Assembly: GCA_002840555.1 (NCBI GenBank)
Contig: PHBJ01000005.1
Span: 174,045 to 238,044 of the forward strand
DNA: 64,000 nt
Direction: 5' to 3'
From: Deltaproteobacteria bacterium HGW-Deltaproteobacteria-13
Lineage (GTDB): Bacteria; Desulfobacterota; Syntrophia; Syntrophales; Smithellaceae
The notes under the pieces are model-generated. The model was not told where the DNA came from and did no database searches. It saw only the letters and a program-made list of their open reading frames with translations. Within the stretch, counting starts at the first letter, position 1; each line of letters opens with the position of its first letter. Below are positions 28,272 to 38,173 of the stretch, in pieces. A program made the translations under genes and the position numbers.

Positions 28272-29074
28272 TAATCCTCAACTTTTAAACGCCGGTGGAT
28301 ATCATCTTCAGACAGGCGATAAAGGTCATCCAGAAAATAAGTCTGAAGACTTCCCGGTCCGGAGGCAGCTTCTGCGGCCATTTCTCCGGCAATGCCCATC
28401 ACCGCCATAGCCTCGGCGGTCGCAGCAAAAGGTTGTCTTTCCACCGCGGCAAAAGCTCCGCATAAAGCCGATGCCGTGCAGCCTAATCCCGTCACTCTGG
28501 ACATCATAGGATGGCCGTTTTTAATCTTCAGAATTTTTTCTTTATCGACAATGTAATCCGTGGGCCCGCTGACACAGACCACGCAATGGTGAGTTTCACT
28601 TAACCTTCGTGCCATATCAATGGCCGCCTCCGAAGATGCGGCGCTGTCGACTCCCTTGGTTTTGGATTTGTCATCGTATAGAGCCATGATCTCCGAAGCA
28701 TTTCCCCGAATGACAGCAGGCGGTTCGCTATGAATCAGGTCTCTTGCCGTTTTCGTCCGGTAAGCGGTTGCTCCGGCTCCTACGGGATCTAAAATAACGG
28801 GGATGCCTTTTTTCCGGGCCTGACGTGCGGCCTTAAACATTGAGTTGATCCAGTATTCACTTAAGGTCCCGATGTTGATCACCAGGGCCGAAGCGATATT
28901 AACCATTTCCTCCACTTCTTCTTCCGCATGCGCCATCACGGGAGACGCTCCGATTGCCAGCAGTGCGTTGGCCGTATTATTCATGACCACGTAATTGGTA
29001 ATATTATGCACAACCGGTGACTGACAACGAATCAATTCTATGGACTTGAAAATTTCCGTCGCTGTGATCTTCAT
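28271..29074 (-). CDS. thiM: Hydroxyethylthiazole kinase
   Basis: PVVHNITNYV, NIGTL and CVSGPTDY motifs. Start trimmed to the ATG pair at 29077/29074 after GGAG. Confidence 0.9.
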   Translation of the reverse strand: MKITATEIFKSIELIRCQSPVVHNITNYVVMNNTANALLAIGASPVMAHAEEEVEEMVNIASALVINIGTLSEYWINSMFKAARQARKKGIPVILDPVGAGATAYRTKTARDLIHSEPPAVIRGNASEIMALYDDKSKTKGVDSAASSEAAIDMARRLSETHHCVVCVSGPTDYIVDKEKILKIKNGHPMMSRVTGLGCTASALCGAFAAVERQPFAATAEAMAVMGIAGEMAAEAASGPGSLQTYFLDDLYRLSEDDIHRRLKVED

Positions 29075-29143
29075 CATTTCTCCTTTTTCCATTTTATGTA
29101 AATTATGCCAAACAATCAATTGATATTCTGAAAATCAAACCCA

Positions 29144-29180
29144 TAAAAAAACCCTTCCCGTTATCGCCAGGGAAAGGGTT
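29144..29180 (-). terminator. Intrinsic terminator (expression platform of the TPP riboswitch)
   Basis: Minus strand AACCCUUUCCC-UGGCGAUAAC-GGGAAGGGUU followed by UUUUUUAUGG. Confidence 0.8.
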
Positions 29181-29194
29181 GATAAATCAACAAG

Positions 29195-29282
29195 CTCTTC
29201 TCCCTACGCTGGCATTATCCAGATCAGGTTCAACGGGTATAATCTCAGGTCCGGCTAGCGCCGGGCCACCCCTTTTGCTGTC
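29195..29282 (-). promoter_or_regulatory. TPP (THI-box) riboswitch aptamer
   Basis: Minus strand reads GGGGUGGCCCGGCGCUAGCCGGACCUGAGAUUAUACCCGUUGAACCUGAUCUGGAUAAUGCCAGCGUAGGGA. This matches the conserved CUGAGA and ACCUGAUCUGGAUAAUGCCAGCG cores. Confidence 0.9.
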
Positions 29283-29338
29283 CATATCAACTATATTAAA
29301 TTTCGTCAATCAAGATTAATAATCTTCCTTGACTCCGA

Positions 29339-29366
29339 TTATCTTTTAATTATATTAAGTCAACAT
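29339..29366 (+). promoter_or_regulatory. Sigma70-like promoter, TTGACT-N16-TATATT
   Basis: Read directly, 44 nt upstream of the 29410 start. Confidence 0.5.
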
Positions 29367-29409
29367 TATTTCTCTATTTCTATTTTTTGAACCTCAGAAT
29401 ATTGAACTT

Positions 29410-30579
29410 ATGAAGATAAAAATATCTGTCCTTATTCTCTGTTCATTTTTGGTAATCCTTTTTACCGTCAAGGATACAAAAGCCGCCCCACTGCAAAACA
29501 ACCAATTTCATGCTTATGTGAAACAGGGGATTGATAAAGCTTTTAATCTGGAAACAGCCGGCGCCAATGAATTTTTAAAGAAGGCTGTAGAACTTGATCC
29601 GGAAAATCCCGCGGGATACGCTTATCTTGCCATGTTTCACCTGAGTTCCTACGAAATGAGCGTTGAACAAAATGACCGGATTAAAAATCAGGAAGCGCTG
29701 CTTAATTACGCTAAAGAAGCCGTCGCCAGAGGAGAAAAGAGGATTAAGAATAATCCCCGCGACAGTCAGGCTTACTTTGCCATGTCCCTGGCTAAAATCG
29801 CTAAAATTCAATGGGCCATTCATCAAAAACGCTATTTTATCATTGCCAATGAAGCATCCAATATTTGGGACTATCTGGAAAAAGCCAAAGAGGGAAATAC
29901 ACAAAATTATGACGTGCGTTTTCTCATTGGCGTGCTTCATTACCATATACACCACCTGCCGGGCTTTATTCGTTTCCTGTCTTCCGCTTTCATCGTTGCC
30001 GGAAGCCATGAAAAAGGACTTCAGGAACTGGAGATGGCGGCACAGAAAGGCGACCTGCTCAAAGATCTGGCACAGGCCGAACTTACCTCTGTTTATTTGA
30101 ATTTTGAAAAACAACCGGCAAAAGCCCTGCCTTTAGCCAGAGAATTAAATAAAAGATTTCCCAACAATTATAATTTTTTATTTGTCCTGGGTAACACGCT
30201 TGCCGACCTTCACCACTATGAAGAGGCCTCGTCCATAGCCCAAGCGATTAATAAAAATATTCAGTCGGGCATTCCTCCCTTTATCCCCCAGCTTCAACCT
30301 CGTTACAACCAGTTAATGGGTAGAATCCTTTTTAATCAGGGAGAATACGATCGGGCCACGGAATATTTTCAAGCGGTTCTGAAGGATACTTCATTTTATA
30401 ATGCCCGGTCACGTGTCTGGGCTCTTGTCCGCATGGGAATGATCAACGACATTCTCAAAAAAAGAACACAGGCCCAGGAGTATTATTTAAAGGCATTGGA
30501 AGTGGAAGAAGGAGAAGGAGCCGCCCGCGTAGAAGCGGGAAAGTATCTGAAAAAGCCTTATGCACCTGCATCAAAATAA
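29410..30579 (+). CDS. Exported TPR-repeat protein
   Basis: N-terminal signal peptide MKIKISVLILCSFLVILF and TPR-like helical repeats. Confidence 0.65.
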   Translation: MKIKISVLILCSFLVILFTVKDTKAAPLQNNQFHAYVKQGIDKAFNLETAGANEFLKKAVELDPENPAGYAYLAMFHLSSYEMSVEQNDRIKNQEALLNYAKEAVARGEKRIKNNPRDSQAYFAMSLAKIAKIQWAIHQKRYFIIANEASNIWDYLEKAKEGNTQNYDVRFLIGVLHYHIHHLPGFIRFLSSAFIVAGSHEKGLQELEMAAQKGDLLKDLAQAELTSVYLNFEKQPAKALPLARELNKRFPNNYNFLFVLGNTLADLHHYEEASSIAQAINKNIQSGIPPFIPQLQPRYNQLMGRILFNQGEYDRATEYFQAVLKDTSFYNARSRVWALVRMGMINDILKKRTQAQEYYLKALEVEEGEGAARVEAGKYLKKPYAPASK

Positions 30580-30644
30580 ATTTAAAATCCTTATTTCCCG
30601 GCATCAATCGGCGCCAGGCTTCATGCTTTCCGGCCAATATCTCC

Positions 30645-30673
30645 TTGACATACAAAATTGAGTTTCTTATAGT
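30645..30673 (+). promoter_or_regulatory. Sigma70-like promoter, TTGACA-N17-TATAGT
   Basis: Read directly. Shares the extended TCCTTGACATAC box with 32774-32785. Confidence 0.55.
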
Positions 30674-30679
30674 TCAGTC

Positions 30680-31513
30680 ATGAAAGATTGTACGCCTGTT
30701 GAAACGCTCTCCAATTCCGTGCCCTCCCGTGTCAACCCCGCCCCGGATGAATCGGGAGCTTCTTTCGGAAAGGAAGATAAACGGCAAGGCTCCGGCAGGA
30801 ATATTTTGTGTTCCGAGTTATTGACTTTCCGATCCGTCCTCGAGAAAATCGCCTGCGTTAACCACGGGAATTCATCGTGGACTTGGGACCACGAGACGAG
30901 GTCATTTCTTCTTCAGGCGCCGAACGATATCATTGAGCAATACGTCAACATTCTGACCCGTGAAATGGGTAAATCCCTTTGTCTGCATTTACAACGCGCT
31001 GCCATCATCGTAGATCTGCGGCCCTGGAAAACAAATAAGGATAAAACGAGTTTGAGAATCGGATTCGAAGGGAACCACGTGCCTATTGATCTTCGCGGAT
31101 ATACCGGTCTGGATGATCTTGCGGGACTTCATTTCATATCTACGGCCAACGATTATCCGGATTTAAAAGCTGCGCTGGCAAAAGTCAGACGCATGTGCGC
31201 CAAAACGGATGCCATTTTCGAAAACAAGTGCGACTGGATGTGGGAAACACACTGGAAGGCGGACGGTCTGGCCTTCGCGGTCGTCCGATTATTTACATGG
31301 GAGAGCAAGTCCTCTCTGATGAAGAGAGAGATTGAGCGTTTTAATAATTCTCCGAAAAGCCAACAAGCCGGTTTGCGAATTAACCTTACCACTTATAATC
31401 GCGGAACCTCATTCAACGTGCGGCTGGCTCTGGAAGGCTGGCCGGGCAATCTACTGAAATACACCGGTATTCTGGATGCGTTCGACACGCATTTCTCTGG
31501 CCCGGCGGACTAA
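30680..31513 (+). CDS. Hypothetical protein with an internal two-module duplication
   Basis: I recognise no family. Two modules share WxW-ET ... LRI ... YTG(L/I)xD ... HF. Confidence 0.5.
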   Translation: MKDCTPVETLSNSVPSRVNPAPDESGASFGKEDKRQGSGRNILCSELLTFRSVLEKIACVNHGNSSWTWDHETRSFLLQAPNDIIEQYVNILTREMGKSLCLHLQRAAIIVDLRPWKTNKDKTSLRIGFEGNHVPIDLRGYTGLDDLAGLHFISTANDYPDLKAALAKVRRMCAKTDAIFENKCDWMWETHWKADGLAFAVVRLFTWESKSSLMKREIERFNNSPKSQQAGLRINLTTYNRGTSFNVRLALEGWPGNLLKYTGILDAFDTHFSGPAD

Positions 31514-31531
31514 ATTTTAAATCCCCTTCTT

Positions 31532-32716
31532 ATGAAAAAATACATCATTCTGATATCAGCCGTGTTGATTCAAATCTGTTTGGGTGTGGGCTATTCCTGG
31601 AGCACTTTTGTCCCGGCTTTAAAACAAACTTTTGGCCTTTCCATTACCCAGACGCAGACCATTTTCGGCACCGGCTCTCTGATCATTACGTTGTGTATTT
31701 TTATCGGAGGACGCATTCAGGATCGTCTGGGCCCGCGAATTCCCGTTTTGGCCGGAGGAATTCTCTTTGCCTGCAGTTATATAGCGGCCGGATATTCCAG
31801 CGGATCATATCCAGCCCTTCTTTTACTGATCGGCTTTTGCGCCGCAATCGGTGTCGGTATTTGTTATATCTGTCCTATTGTCTGTTGTGTCAAATGGTTT
31901 CCCAACCATAAAAGTCTGGCCACCGGCATTGTCGTCGCCGGATATGGAGGCAGCCCCATTATTGTCTCCCTCATCGGCGAATATCTATTATCTCATCATA
32001 TTTATGTTTTGGATATTTTCAAATATATGGGATTCGTGTTTCTGATCATTGTCACTTTCGCCGCCATCTTTTTACAAAACCCGCCCGAGGAAAAAGTCTT
32101 CCAACCGGCTCATGCGGATATGAAAACAATCGACCTGGTTAAAGACCGGAATTTCTGGGGGCTTTTGTGCGGCATGTTCCCCTGTCTGTGTATAGGATTA
32201 ATGACCATCGGCAATATCAAACCATTTGGCCTTTCTTTAAACCTGAGTTTGATGATTACCGCAACGGCGGTAAGCATCCTGGCATTTTTCAACGCCTTCG
32301 GCAGAATAGGCTGGGGCATCATCGGTGGTTTTCTGGAAGGGAAAAAGGCGATCCTCTTATCGCTTGTCAGCACATCCGTGGTTTGCCTTGCCGCCTCTTT
32401 CGCGGTTAAAGACGATCTGACATTTTTTCTTTTTGTCGTGCTTGCCGGTTTCAACTACGGAGGCTGCATGGTTCTTTATGCCGCCGAAATCGCCCATCAT
32501 TACGGAACACAAAAAATGGGAACAATATATTCGACACTTTTTCTTTCCAACGGGGTAGCCGGATTTTTCGCGCCGCCGCTTGCCGGAAGAATCTTCGACA
32601 GCACGGGTTCTTACGCCCCCGCCTTTTTGATTTTCGGTTTTCTGGCTTTCGTTTCGATATTTCTATTCTATTTTATTTATCAGCCCGCAACGTTGAAGAA
32701 TGAACAGCAACAGTAA
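31532..32716 (+). CDS. MFS transporter (oxalate/formate antiporter-like)
   Basis: About 12 predicted TM helices and 394 aa. Contains the MFS loop motif GGRIQDRLGPR. Confidence 0.75.
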   Translation: MKKYIILISAVLIQICLGVGYSWSTFVPALKQTFGLSITQTQTIFGTGSLIITLCIFIGGRIQDRLGPRIPVLAGGILFACSYIAAGYSSGSYPALLLLIGFCAAIGVGICYICPIVCCVKWFPNHKSLATGIVVAGYGGSPIIVSLIGEYLLSHHIYVLDIFKYMGFVFLIIVTFAAIFLQNPPEEKVFQPAHADMKTIDLVKDRNFWGLLCGMFPCLCIGLMTIGNIKPFGLSLNLSLMITATAVSILAFFNAFGRIGWGIIGGFLEGKKAILLSLVSTSVVCLAASFAVKDDLTFFLFVVLAGFNYGGCMVLYAAEIAHHYGTQKMGTIYSTLFLSNGVAGFFAPPLAGRIFDSTGSYAPAFLIFGFLAFVSIFLFYFIYQPATLKNEQQQ

Positions 32717-32776
32717 AAACCTGTAAAGGGAAGTAACGGCATCGGCGGCGCCTTATTTTATTTAACTCAGATTTCC

Positions 32777-32805
32777 TTGACATACTTGAAGGGGGTTCTT
32801 ATATT
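32777..32805 (+). promoter_or_regulatory. Sigma70-like promoter, TTGACA-N17-TATATT
   Basis: Read directly. Leaves a ~120-nt 5-prime UTR before 32931. Confidence 0.5.
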
Positions 32806-32930
32806 TTAATGGAATATAAATAGCGCCTTATTGGATTCACTACCGGCCGATACGTCAAGCCTTCGTGGTACGCATGGCCTGAATAAAGCTCTTTAAACCT
32901 TCTTCAATAACATAGCAAAAGGAGTTATCG

Positions 32931-34022
32931 ATGTATGAACAAACATTATTAAAACCTTTAAGAATCGGCACGAATGATCTTCCTAACCGTATCGTCATGG
33001 CTCCCATGACGCGCAGCCGCGCTGACAATCCGGAAAATGCCCCGACCGCTCTGCACGCCTTATATTACGCCCAGCGCGCCACCGCCGGACTTATTATTAC
33101 TGAAGGTTCGCAAATTTCCAGACAGGGCGTAGGCTACATCAACACACCCGGGATTTACAGCACGGCCCAGATCGAGGGCTGGCGGTTGGTTACAAAAGCG
33201 GTTCATGAAAAAGGCGGCCATATTTTCCTGCAGATCTGGCATGTGGGGCGCATTTCACATCCCGATTTTCATGATGGAGCGTTGCCTGTGGCGCCCTCCG
33301 CGATCAATCCGCATGACCGTTCCTATACGCCGTCCGGTTTCAAGGAAACGGTGACCCCGCACGCTCTGACCCTCGATGAAATTCAGGCCATTGTTCAGGA
33401 TTTCAAGAACGCCGCCGTTAACGCAATTTCGGCCGGTTTCGATGGTGTGGAGATACATTCCGCCAACGGTTATCTGATTCACCAGTTCTTCACGAACTGC
33501 TCGAATATCCGTACCGATGCCTACGGCGGCAGTCATGAAAACAGGGCCCGCTTCTTCTTCGAGGTACTCGATGCCGTGGGTGGAGCCATCGGATTTACAA
33601 AAGTCGGTATCCGGCTCAATCCTTCAGCCCATGGTTTCTTCGGCATCACCATTGACAAGGACACCATCCCCACCTTCGAATATGTGGTCAAACGCCTGAA
33701 CGATTATCCTGATCTGGCCTATGCCCACTTGGTCGAGCCCATGCTCCCGGTCGATAATGTGCCTTACGCGGTCAAAGATATCGCCAAACATTTCCGGCCG
33801 CTTTTCAATGGGATATTAATAACCAACTGCGGATACAATGCAGAAAGCGCAGACCGCATCATTGCCGGGGAATATGCCGATGCCGTGTCCTTCGGCAGCG
33901 CCTATATAGCGAATCCGGATTTGGTAGAACGCATCAGGCAAGGTTCTGTCTGGGCAAAGCCGGATACGAACACCTATTACACACCGGGCCCCAAGGGGTA
34001 TACGGACTATCCGGCCCTGTAA
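32931..34022 (+). CDS. Old Yellow Enzyme family NADH:flavin oxidoreductase (alkene reductase)
   Basis: MAPMTR, QIWHVGR and HSANGYLIHQF motifs. Confidence 0.85.
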   Translation: MYEQTLLKPLRIGTNDLPNRIVMAPMTRSRADNPENAPTALHALYYAQRATAGLIITEGSQISRQGVGYINTPGIYSTAQIEGWRLVTKAVHEKGGHIFLQIWHVGRISHPDFHDGALPVAPSAINPHDRSYTPSGFKETVTPHALTLDEIQAIVQDFKNAAVNAISAGFDGVEIHSANGYLIHQFFTNCSNIRTDAYGGSHENRARFFFEVLDAVGGAIGFTKVGIRLNPSAHGFFGITIDKDTIPTFEYVVKRLNDYPDLAYAHLVEPMLPVDNVPYAVKDIAKHFRPLFNGILITNCGYNAESADRIIAGEYADAVSFGSAYIANPDLVERIRQGSVWAKPDTNTYYTPGPKGYTDYPAL

Positions 34023-34045
34023 AATAATATTGCAGACTAAAAACC

Positions 34046-34909
34046 ATGCTGAAACGGATTATACAAATTGTTATCTTAAACAGGCTGCACATCATAGCCA
34101 GCGCGCCGGCGGTGATGTGGTGCTGGTCGGAGTTTTTAAAAATTCATTTTCAAAGTATTGATTATCTGATTATCACTCTGGCGGTGGCCTGTATCTGTCA
34201 GTGGAACCGCCTGACCGACGTGGAAGAGGATGCGCTAAACTGCCCGGAAGAGCTGAAGGACGCTCAAAGCAAAAGCCGCGCCATCAAGATATTCTGCTTC
34301 GCGGGCGGGACAATCGCCATATTGCTGGCGCTCTTTACCGAACCTGCATGGCCGCTTGCGGGGCTGGTCGCCTTTGGCGCCGCTGTCGGGTATTTCTATA
34401 ACACGCCGTTTATTCCTTCAAAACCTCATCTGCGGCTTAAAAATATGTACATCATCAAAAACGTAAGTTCCGGCGCGGGGTGGTCTCTCGGCCTGTTGGC
34501 TTTTCCGATGCTGCGCGCGCATACACAACCGGATGGGCTCTTTCTCATGGCATTTATTTACATGTTCGCCATGGTCATGACTTATGAAATCATGTGGGAC
34601 ATACGTGACGTGGAAGGCGATGGCCGGGCCGGAATCCGGACATTGCCGGTTGTGCTGGGAATTAACAGCGCCAGGGTTTATGCCGTCACACTCCAGATCG
34701 TCTGCCTCGCCATCATCATCAGCGGTCTTACCCATGCCCGCCTGACATCCCTGTGGTCGCTCTACCTTCTCCCGAGTATGATGCTCATGACATTGATCAT
34801 TTTTTTTCCGTTGCTGATCCGATATAATCGCAACCTTTCACATGTGCTCGTCATGGGGCTGAACGTCTTTGCCTGTCTGGGTGGTTTTCTGGCGATGCGT
34901 TTTGCGTGA
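34046..34909 (+). CDS. UbiA-family prenyltransferase
   Basis: NRLTDVEED (NxxxDxxxD) and DIRDVEGD motifs on a polytopic membrane protein. Confidence 0.75.
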   Translation: MLKRIIQIVILNRLHIIASAPAVMWCWSEFLKIHFQSIDYLIITLAVACICQWNRLTDVEEDALNCPEELKDAQSKSRAIKIFCFAGGTIAILLALFTEPAWPLAGLVAFGAAVGYFYNTPFIPSKPHLRLKNMYIIKNVSSGAGWSLGLLAFPMLRAHTQPDGLFLMAFIYMFAMVMTYEIMWDIRDVEGDGRAGIRTLPVVLGINSARVYAVTLQIVCLAIIISGLTHARLTSLWSLYLLPSMMLMTLIIFFPLLIRYNRNLSHVLVMGLNVFACLGGFLAMRFA

Positions 34910-34981
34910 GGGGTTAAGCGCTTGGTTTCGCAGCTGAACACTTCGAGAATCCCATTTGTCAATTATCGAGACGATCAATAA

Positions 34982-36754
34982 TCATTTATTTTTCATCTTA
35001 TCCCTATTGAGGGACATCACTTCCAGATTATATCTGGCCTTCTCATGTCCCTGATCAACCGCCTTGAGATACCATTCTGTGGCTTCAGCACTATCCTGCG
35101 GAACAACGACACCTTCCTGGTATATACCGCCCAGATTGAACTGAGCCTCTACATTTCCCAGCTGGGCCGCCTTACGATACCACTTTATCGCTTCAGTAAA
35201 GTCCTGTGGAACGCCATCGCCAAAGAAGTACTGCAACCCCAGATTATACTGGGCATCCGAATCTCCCTGCTGGGCCGCCTGATGATACCATTTTACGGCC
35301 TCAGTATCGTTCTGCGGAACACCTTCACCGTTATGGAACATTAAACCCAGACGCAACTGTGCCTTGGCAATCCCTTGTTCCGCTGATTTTAAAAACCATC
35401 TTGCAGCTTCGGCATCGTCCTGTGGAACGCCTTCACCGTTTCGATACATCACTCCCAGATTATATTGCGCACTCGCAATTCCCTGCTCGGCCGCCTTACG
35501 ATACCATTTTGCAGGATCGGAATCGTCCTGCGGAATGCCGTTGCCTTCTCTGTACATCGTATCCAATATGGTTTTGGCCTTCTTATGTCCTCGTTCAACC
35601 GCCTTGAGATACCACTCGATAGCTTCAACATTATCCTGCGGAACAATGATCCCTTCCTTGTATATACCGCCCAGATCGAACGGAGCCTCTGCATGACCCT
35701 GCTGGGCCGCTTTACGATAACACTTGATAGCTTCGGTAAAGTCCTGTGGAACGCCATCGCCGAAGAGATACTTCAACCCCAGATTATAATGAGCGTCTGC
35801 GTCTAGCGGCTCATCCGGCTTATGATGCCTTTCTAAGGCTTCGTTATTGTCCCGCGCAATACCCTTGAGTTTATTATATATCATCTTGGCGTCTGCATAT
35901 TCTTGATCAGCACCATTACGATGCCTTTCTTCGGCTTCAGGATCCTCCTGCGGAACGACGGCGCCTTCTTCAGCCATCATATTCAGTATTTTTTGGGCAT
36001 CTATATGCCCTATGTCAGCGGCCTTACGAAACCACTTAACGGCCTGGGCATCATCCTGCTTAACGCCCTCGCCTTTCTGGTACATCAAACCCAGATTATA
36101 CCGGGCCTCTGCATGTCCCTGCTCGGCTGCTCTAAGATACCATTTAGCGGCTTCCGCGTCATCCTGCGGAACTCCTTCACCGTTGTGGTAGATCAAACCC
36201 ATATTATAATGGGCGGCTCCAGGTCCCCGCTCAATCACTGCACTTCGTTTTCTCGCGCTCTTCACAGGGTCAGGAGAAACTGACCTGCTTTCATTGTGTC
36301 TCCTCTCCAACATGGTCCGGATATCTTCCTTGCCTTTTTTTTCCATCCTATCCAACATGGTCCGGGCATCTGCATGTCCCTGCTGGGCGGCCTTACGATA
36401 CCACTGAACCGCCTGGGCACTATCCTGCTCAACGCCTTCACCTTTTTGGTACATCAAACCCAGATGATACTGGGCCTCTGCATGTCCCTGCTCGGCTGCG
36501 TTACGATACCTTTTAAAGGCTTTCGCATCATCCTGCTCAACACCTTCACCTTTTTGGTACATCGATCCAAGATTGAACAGGGCATTGGCGTCTCCTTTAC
36601 TGGATGCTTTTAGAAACCATATCATGGCTTCGCTATAGTCCTGCTCAACACCTTCCCCCCTCAGGTAAATCAAACCCAGTTTGTTCTGGGCATCCACATC
36701 TCCCTGCTCAGCGACCACGCGAATATCTGCAACGGATAATATAATATTTTTCAT
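34982..36754 (-). CDS. Sel1-like repeat (SLR) protein
   Basis: About 14 repeats of GEGVxQDxxxAxKWYRKAAEQGHAxAQYNLGxMY. Confidence 0.85.
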   Translation of the reverse strand: MKNIILSVADIRVVAEQGDVDAQNKLGLIYLRGEGVEQDYSEAMIWFLKASSKGDANALFNLGSMYQKGEGVEQDDAKAFKRYRNAAEQGHAEAQYHLGLMYQKGEGVEQDSAQAVQWYRKAAQQGHADARTMLDRMEKKGKEDIRTMLERRHNESRSVSPDPVKSARKRSAVIERGPGAAHYNMGLIYHNGEGVPQDDAEAAKWYLRAAEQGHAEARYNLGLMYQKGEGVKQDDAQAVKWFRKAADIGHIDAQKILNMMAEEGAVVPQEDPEAEERHRNGADQEYADAKMIYNKLKGIARDNNEALERHHKPDEPLDADAHYNLGLKYLFGDGVPQDFTEAIKCYRKAAQQGHAEAPFDLGGIYKEGIIVPQDNVEAIEWYLKAVERGHKKAKTILDTMYREGNGIPQDDSDPAKWYRKAAEQGIASAQYNLGVMYRNGEGVPQDDAEAARWFLKSAEQGIAKAQLRLGLMFHNGEGVPQNDTEAVKWYHQAAQQGDSDAQYNLGLQYFFGDGVPQDFTEAIKWYRKAAQLGNVEAQFNLGGIYQEGVVVPQDSAEATEWYLKAVDQGHEKARYNLEVMSLNRDKMKNK

Positions 36755-37123
36755 TTTGAATTATTCTCTTTAGAAAGTTCCTTGTTCAAAACATTTTCTT
36801 ATTTTTCAAAGTATTCTCCACAAAATCCGCACTTAACTGCCGTATCTTTTGTGTCTAACAATTAAAATCCAGACTTCGCTATTTCCATGAATATTATATA
36901 GCACGATTCATTTTTTTTAAAAGAGAGAAAATACACAACCGAATTGATTACGGATTGAAAGAAAGTCCATCATTGGGCGGTGTGGTTTGCAGCCAATTCC
37001 GATCTTATCGGGACAGATAAGCTTATTGTAAAGCCTTCGGCTTTTTCCGGTAAGGAATATATTTAAATTATAATTTGCGCTTCCCTTACGGGATTGCGCT
37101 CCCGGTCAACAGCCCTGCTGGTG

Positions 37124-38134
37124 TCAATAGTGATCAGATGCCTTCGCCTTTCCCTTAAAAATCCTGTAAACAAAAATAGTGTAGGCAATTACGATCGGCA
37201 TTCCGATCAGGGCGATGACGCTCATCAACTTCAGCGTTTGCAATCCGGTGGAACTGTTATAAATCGTGATACTCAAAGCCTGATCGTTGCTTGCTTTGAT
37301 CATATTGGGAAAATGAACCGCCGCTACGGCAAGCCACAGGCCGATCAAGGCAAATGACGACTCCCAGAACGGGCAAGAATCGTTTTTATGTTTAATGGAA
37401 AAGAAAATTGCCGAAAGCCACAGCACGGTCCATAAAACCGCCAGGTAGAATAACCAGTTTGAGGTGATATCCTGAAACGTAAAGGCGATGGTGAGAAAAT
37501 AAACAATCGAGGTTATCAGGTTTATCCACATCAGTATGCCGACCGCGCGAAAAGACCTCTCCTGCAATGCTCCTTCCGTTTTCATCACGGCATAAGATGC
37601 GCCCTGCAGGAGAATAGCGGCAAACCCGGTAATCCCGAATAAAAGCGGCACCGGCCTGAGCAATGTGAAAAAGTTTCCGGTAAATTCCATTTTATTATCC
37701 AGCGGCACCCCGTAAACAACATTGCCCAGAGCCACGCCGAACAACAGAGCCGCCAGAGCGCTGCCCGCGAAGAACGACTTTTCCCAGATTGCAGCTCCGG
37801 CCTCATCCTGTGCGCGAAACTCAATCGAAACAGCCCGGAAAATCAACGCAAATAAAACGAGCATCATCGCCAGATAAAAGCCTGAAAAGGCCGTGGCGTA
37901 AGCATGAGGAAAAGCCGCAAACAGCGCGCCGCCGCCGGTAATCAGCCACACTTCGTTGCCGTCCCAGACGGGTCCGATGGAATTTATTAATATGTCTTTT
38001 TCCTCTTTTGTCTTACCGATCAAGTGCAGCAACGTTCCGATGCCCAGATCAAATCCATCCAGAAGAGAGTAGCCGGCAAACAGTATCAAAATAAGAATGA
38101 ACCAGAGAACTTGAAAGTTTTGTATATTTTCCAT
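37124..38134 (-). CDS. cydB: Cytochrome bd oxidase subunit II
   Basis: Polytopic, 336 aa. LDGFDLG N-terminal motif. Lies downstream of cydA. Confidence 0.9.
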   Translation of the reverse strand: MENIQNFQVLWFILILILFAGYSLLDGFDLGIGTLLHLIGKTKEEKDILINSIGPVWDGNEVWLITGGGALFAAFPHAYATAFSGFYLAMMLVLFALIFRAVSIEFRAQDEAGAAIWEKSFFAGSALAALLFGVALGNVVYGVPLDNKMEFTGNFFTLLRPVPLLFGITGFAAILLQGASYAVMKTEGALQERSFRAVGILMWINLITSIVYFLTIAFTFQDITSNWLFYLAVLWTVLWLSAIFFSIKHKNDSCPFWESSFALIGLWLAVAAVHFPNMIKASNDQALSITIYNSSTGLQTLKLMSVIALIGMPIVIAYTIFVYRIFKGKAKASDHY

Positions 38135-38173
38135 CTATTTTACCTCCCAAAATCCCAATTCCGGATAGAGTCG

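Noticed and set aside
34982-36754. Highly periodic repeat region that could be mistaken for a CRISPR array or satellite. It also generates many plus-strand ORFs between 35045 and 36613.
   Set aside because: The period corresponds to the ~36-aa Sel1-like repeat of one continuous 590-aa minus-strand ORF. There are no unique spacers between identical short repeats. The plus-strand ORFs are antisense artefacts.
37030-37052. AAAGCC-TTC-GGCTTT hairpin between cydB and the Sel1 gene, considered as a terminator.
   Set aside because: The T-run follows the hairpin on the plus strand, where no upstream gene is transcribed. On the minus strand, downstream of cydB, the trailing U-tract is poor. It may be a weak or bidirectional terminator but is too uncertain to list as a feature.
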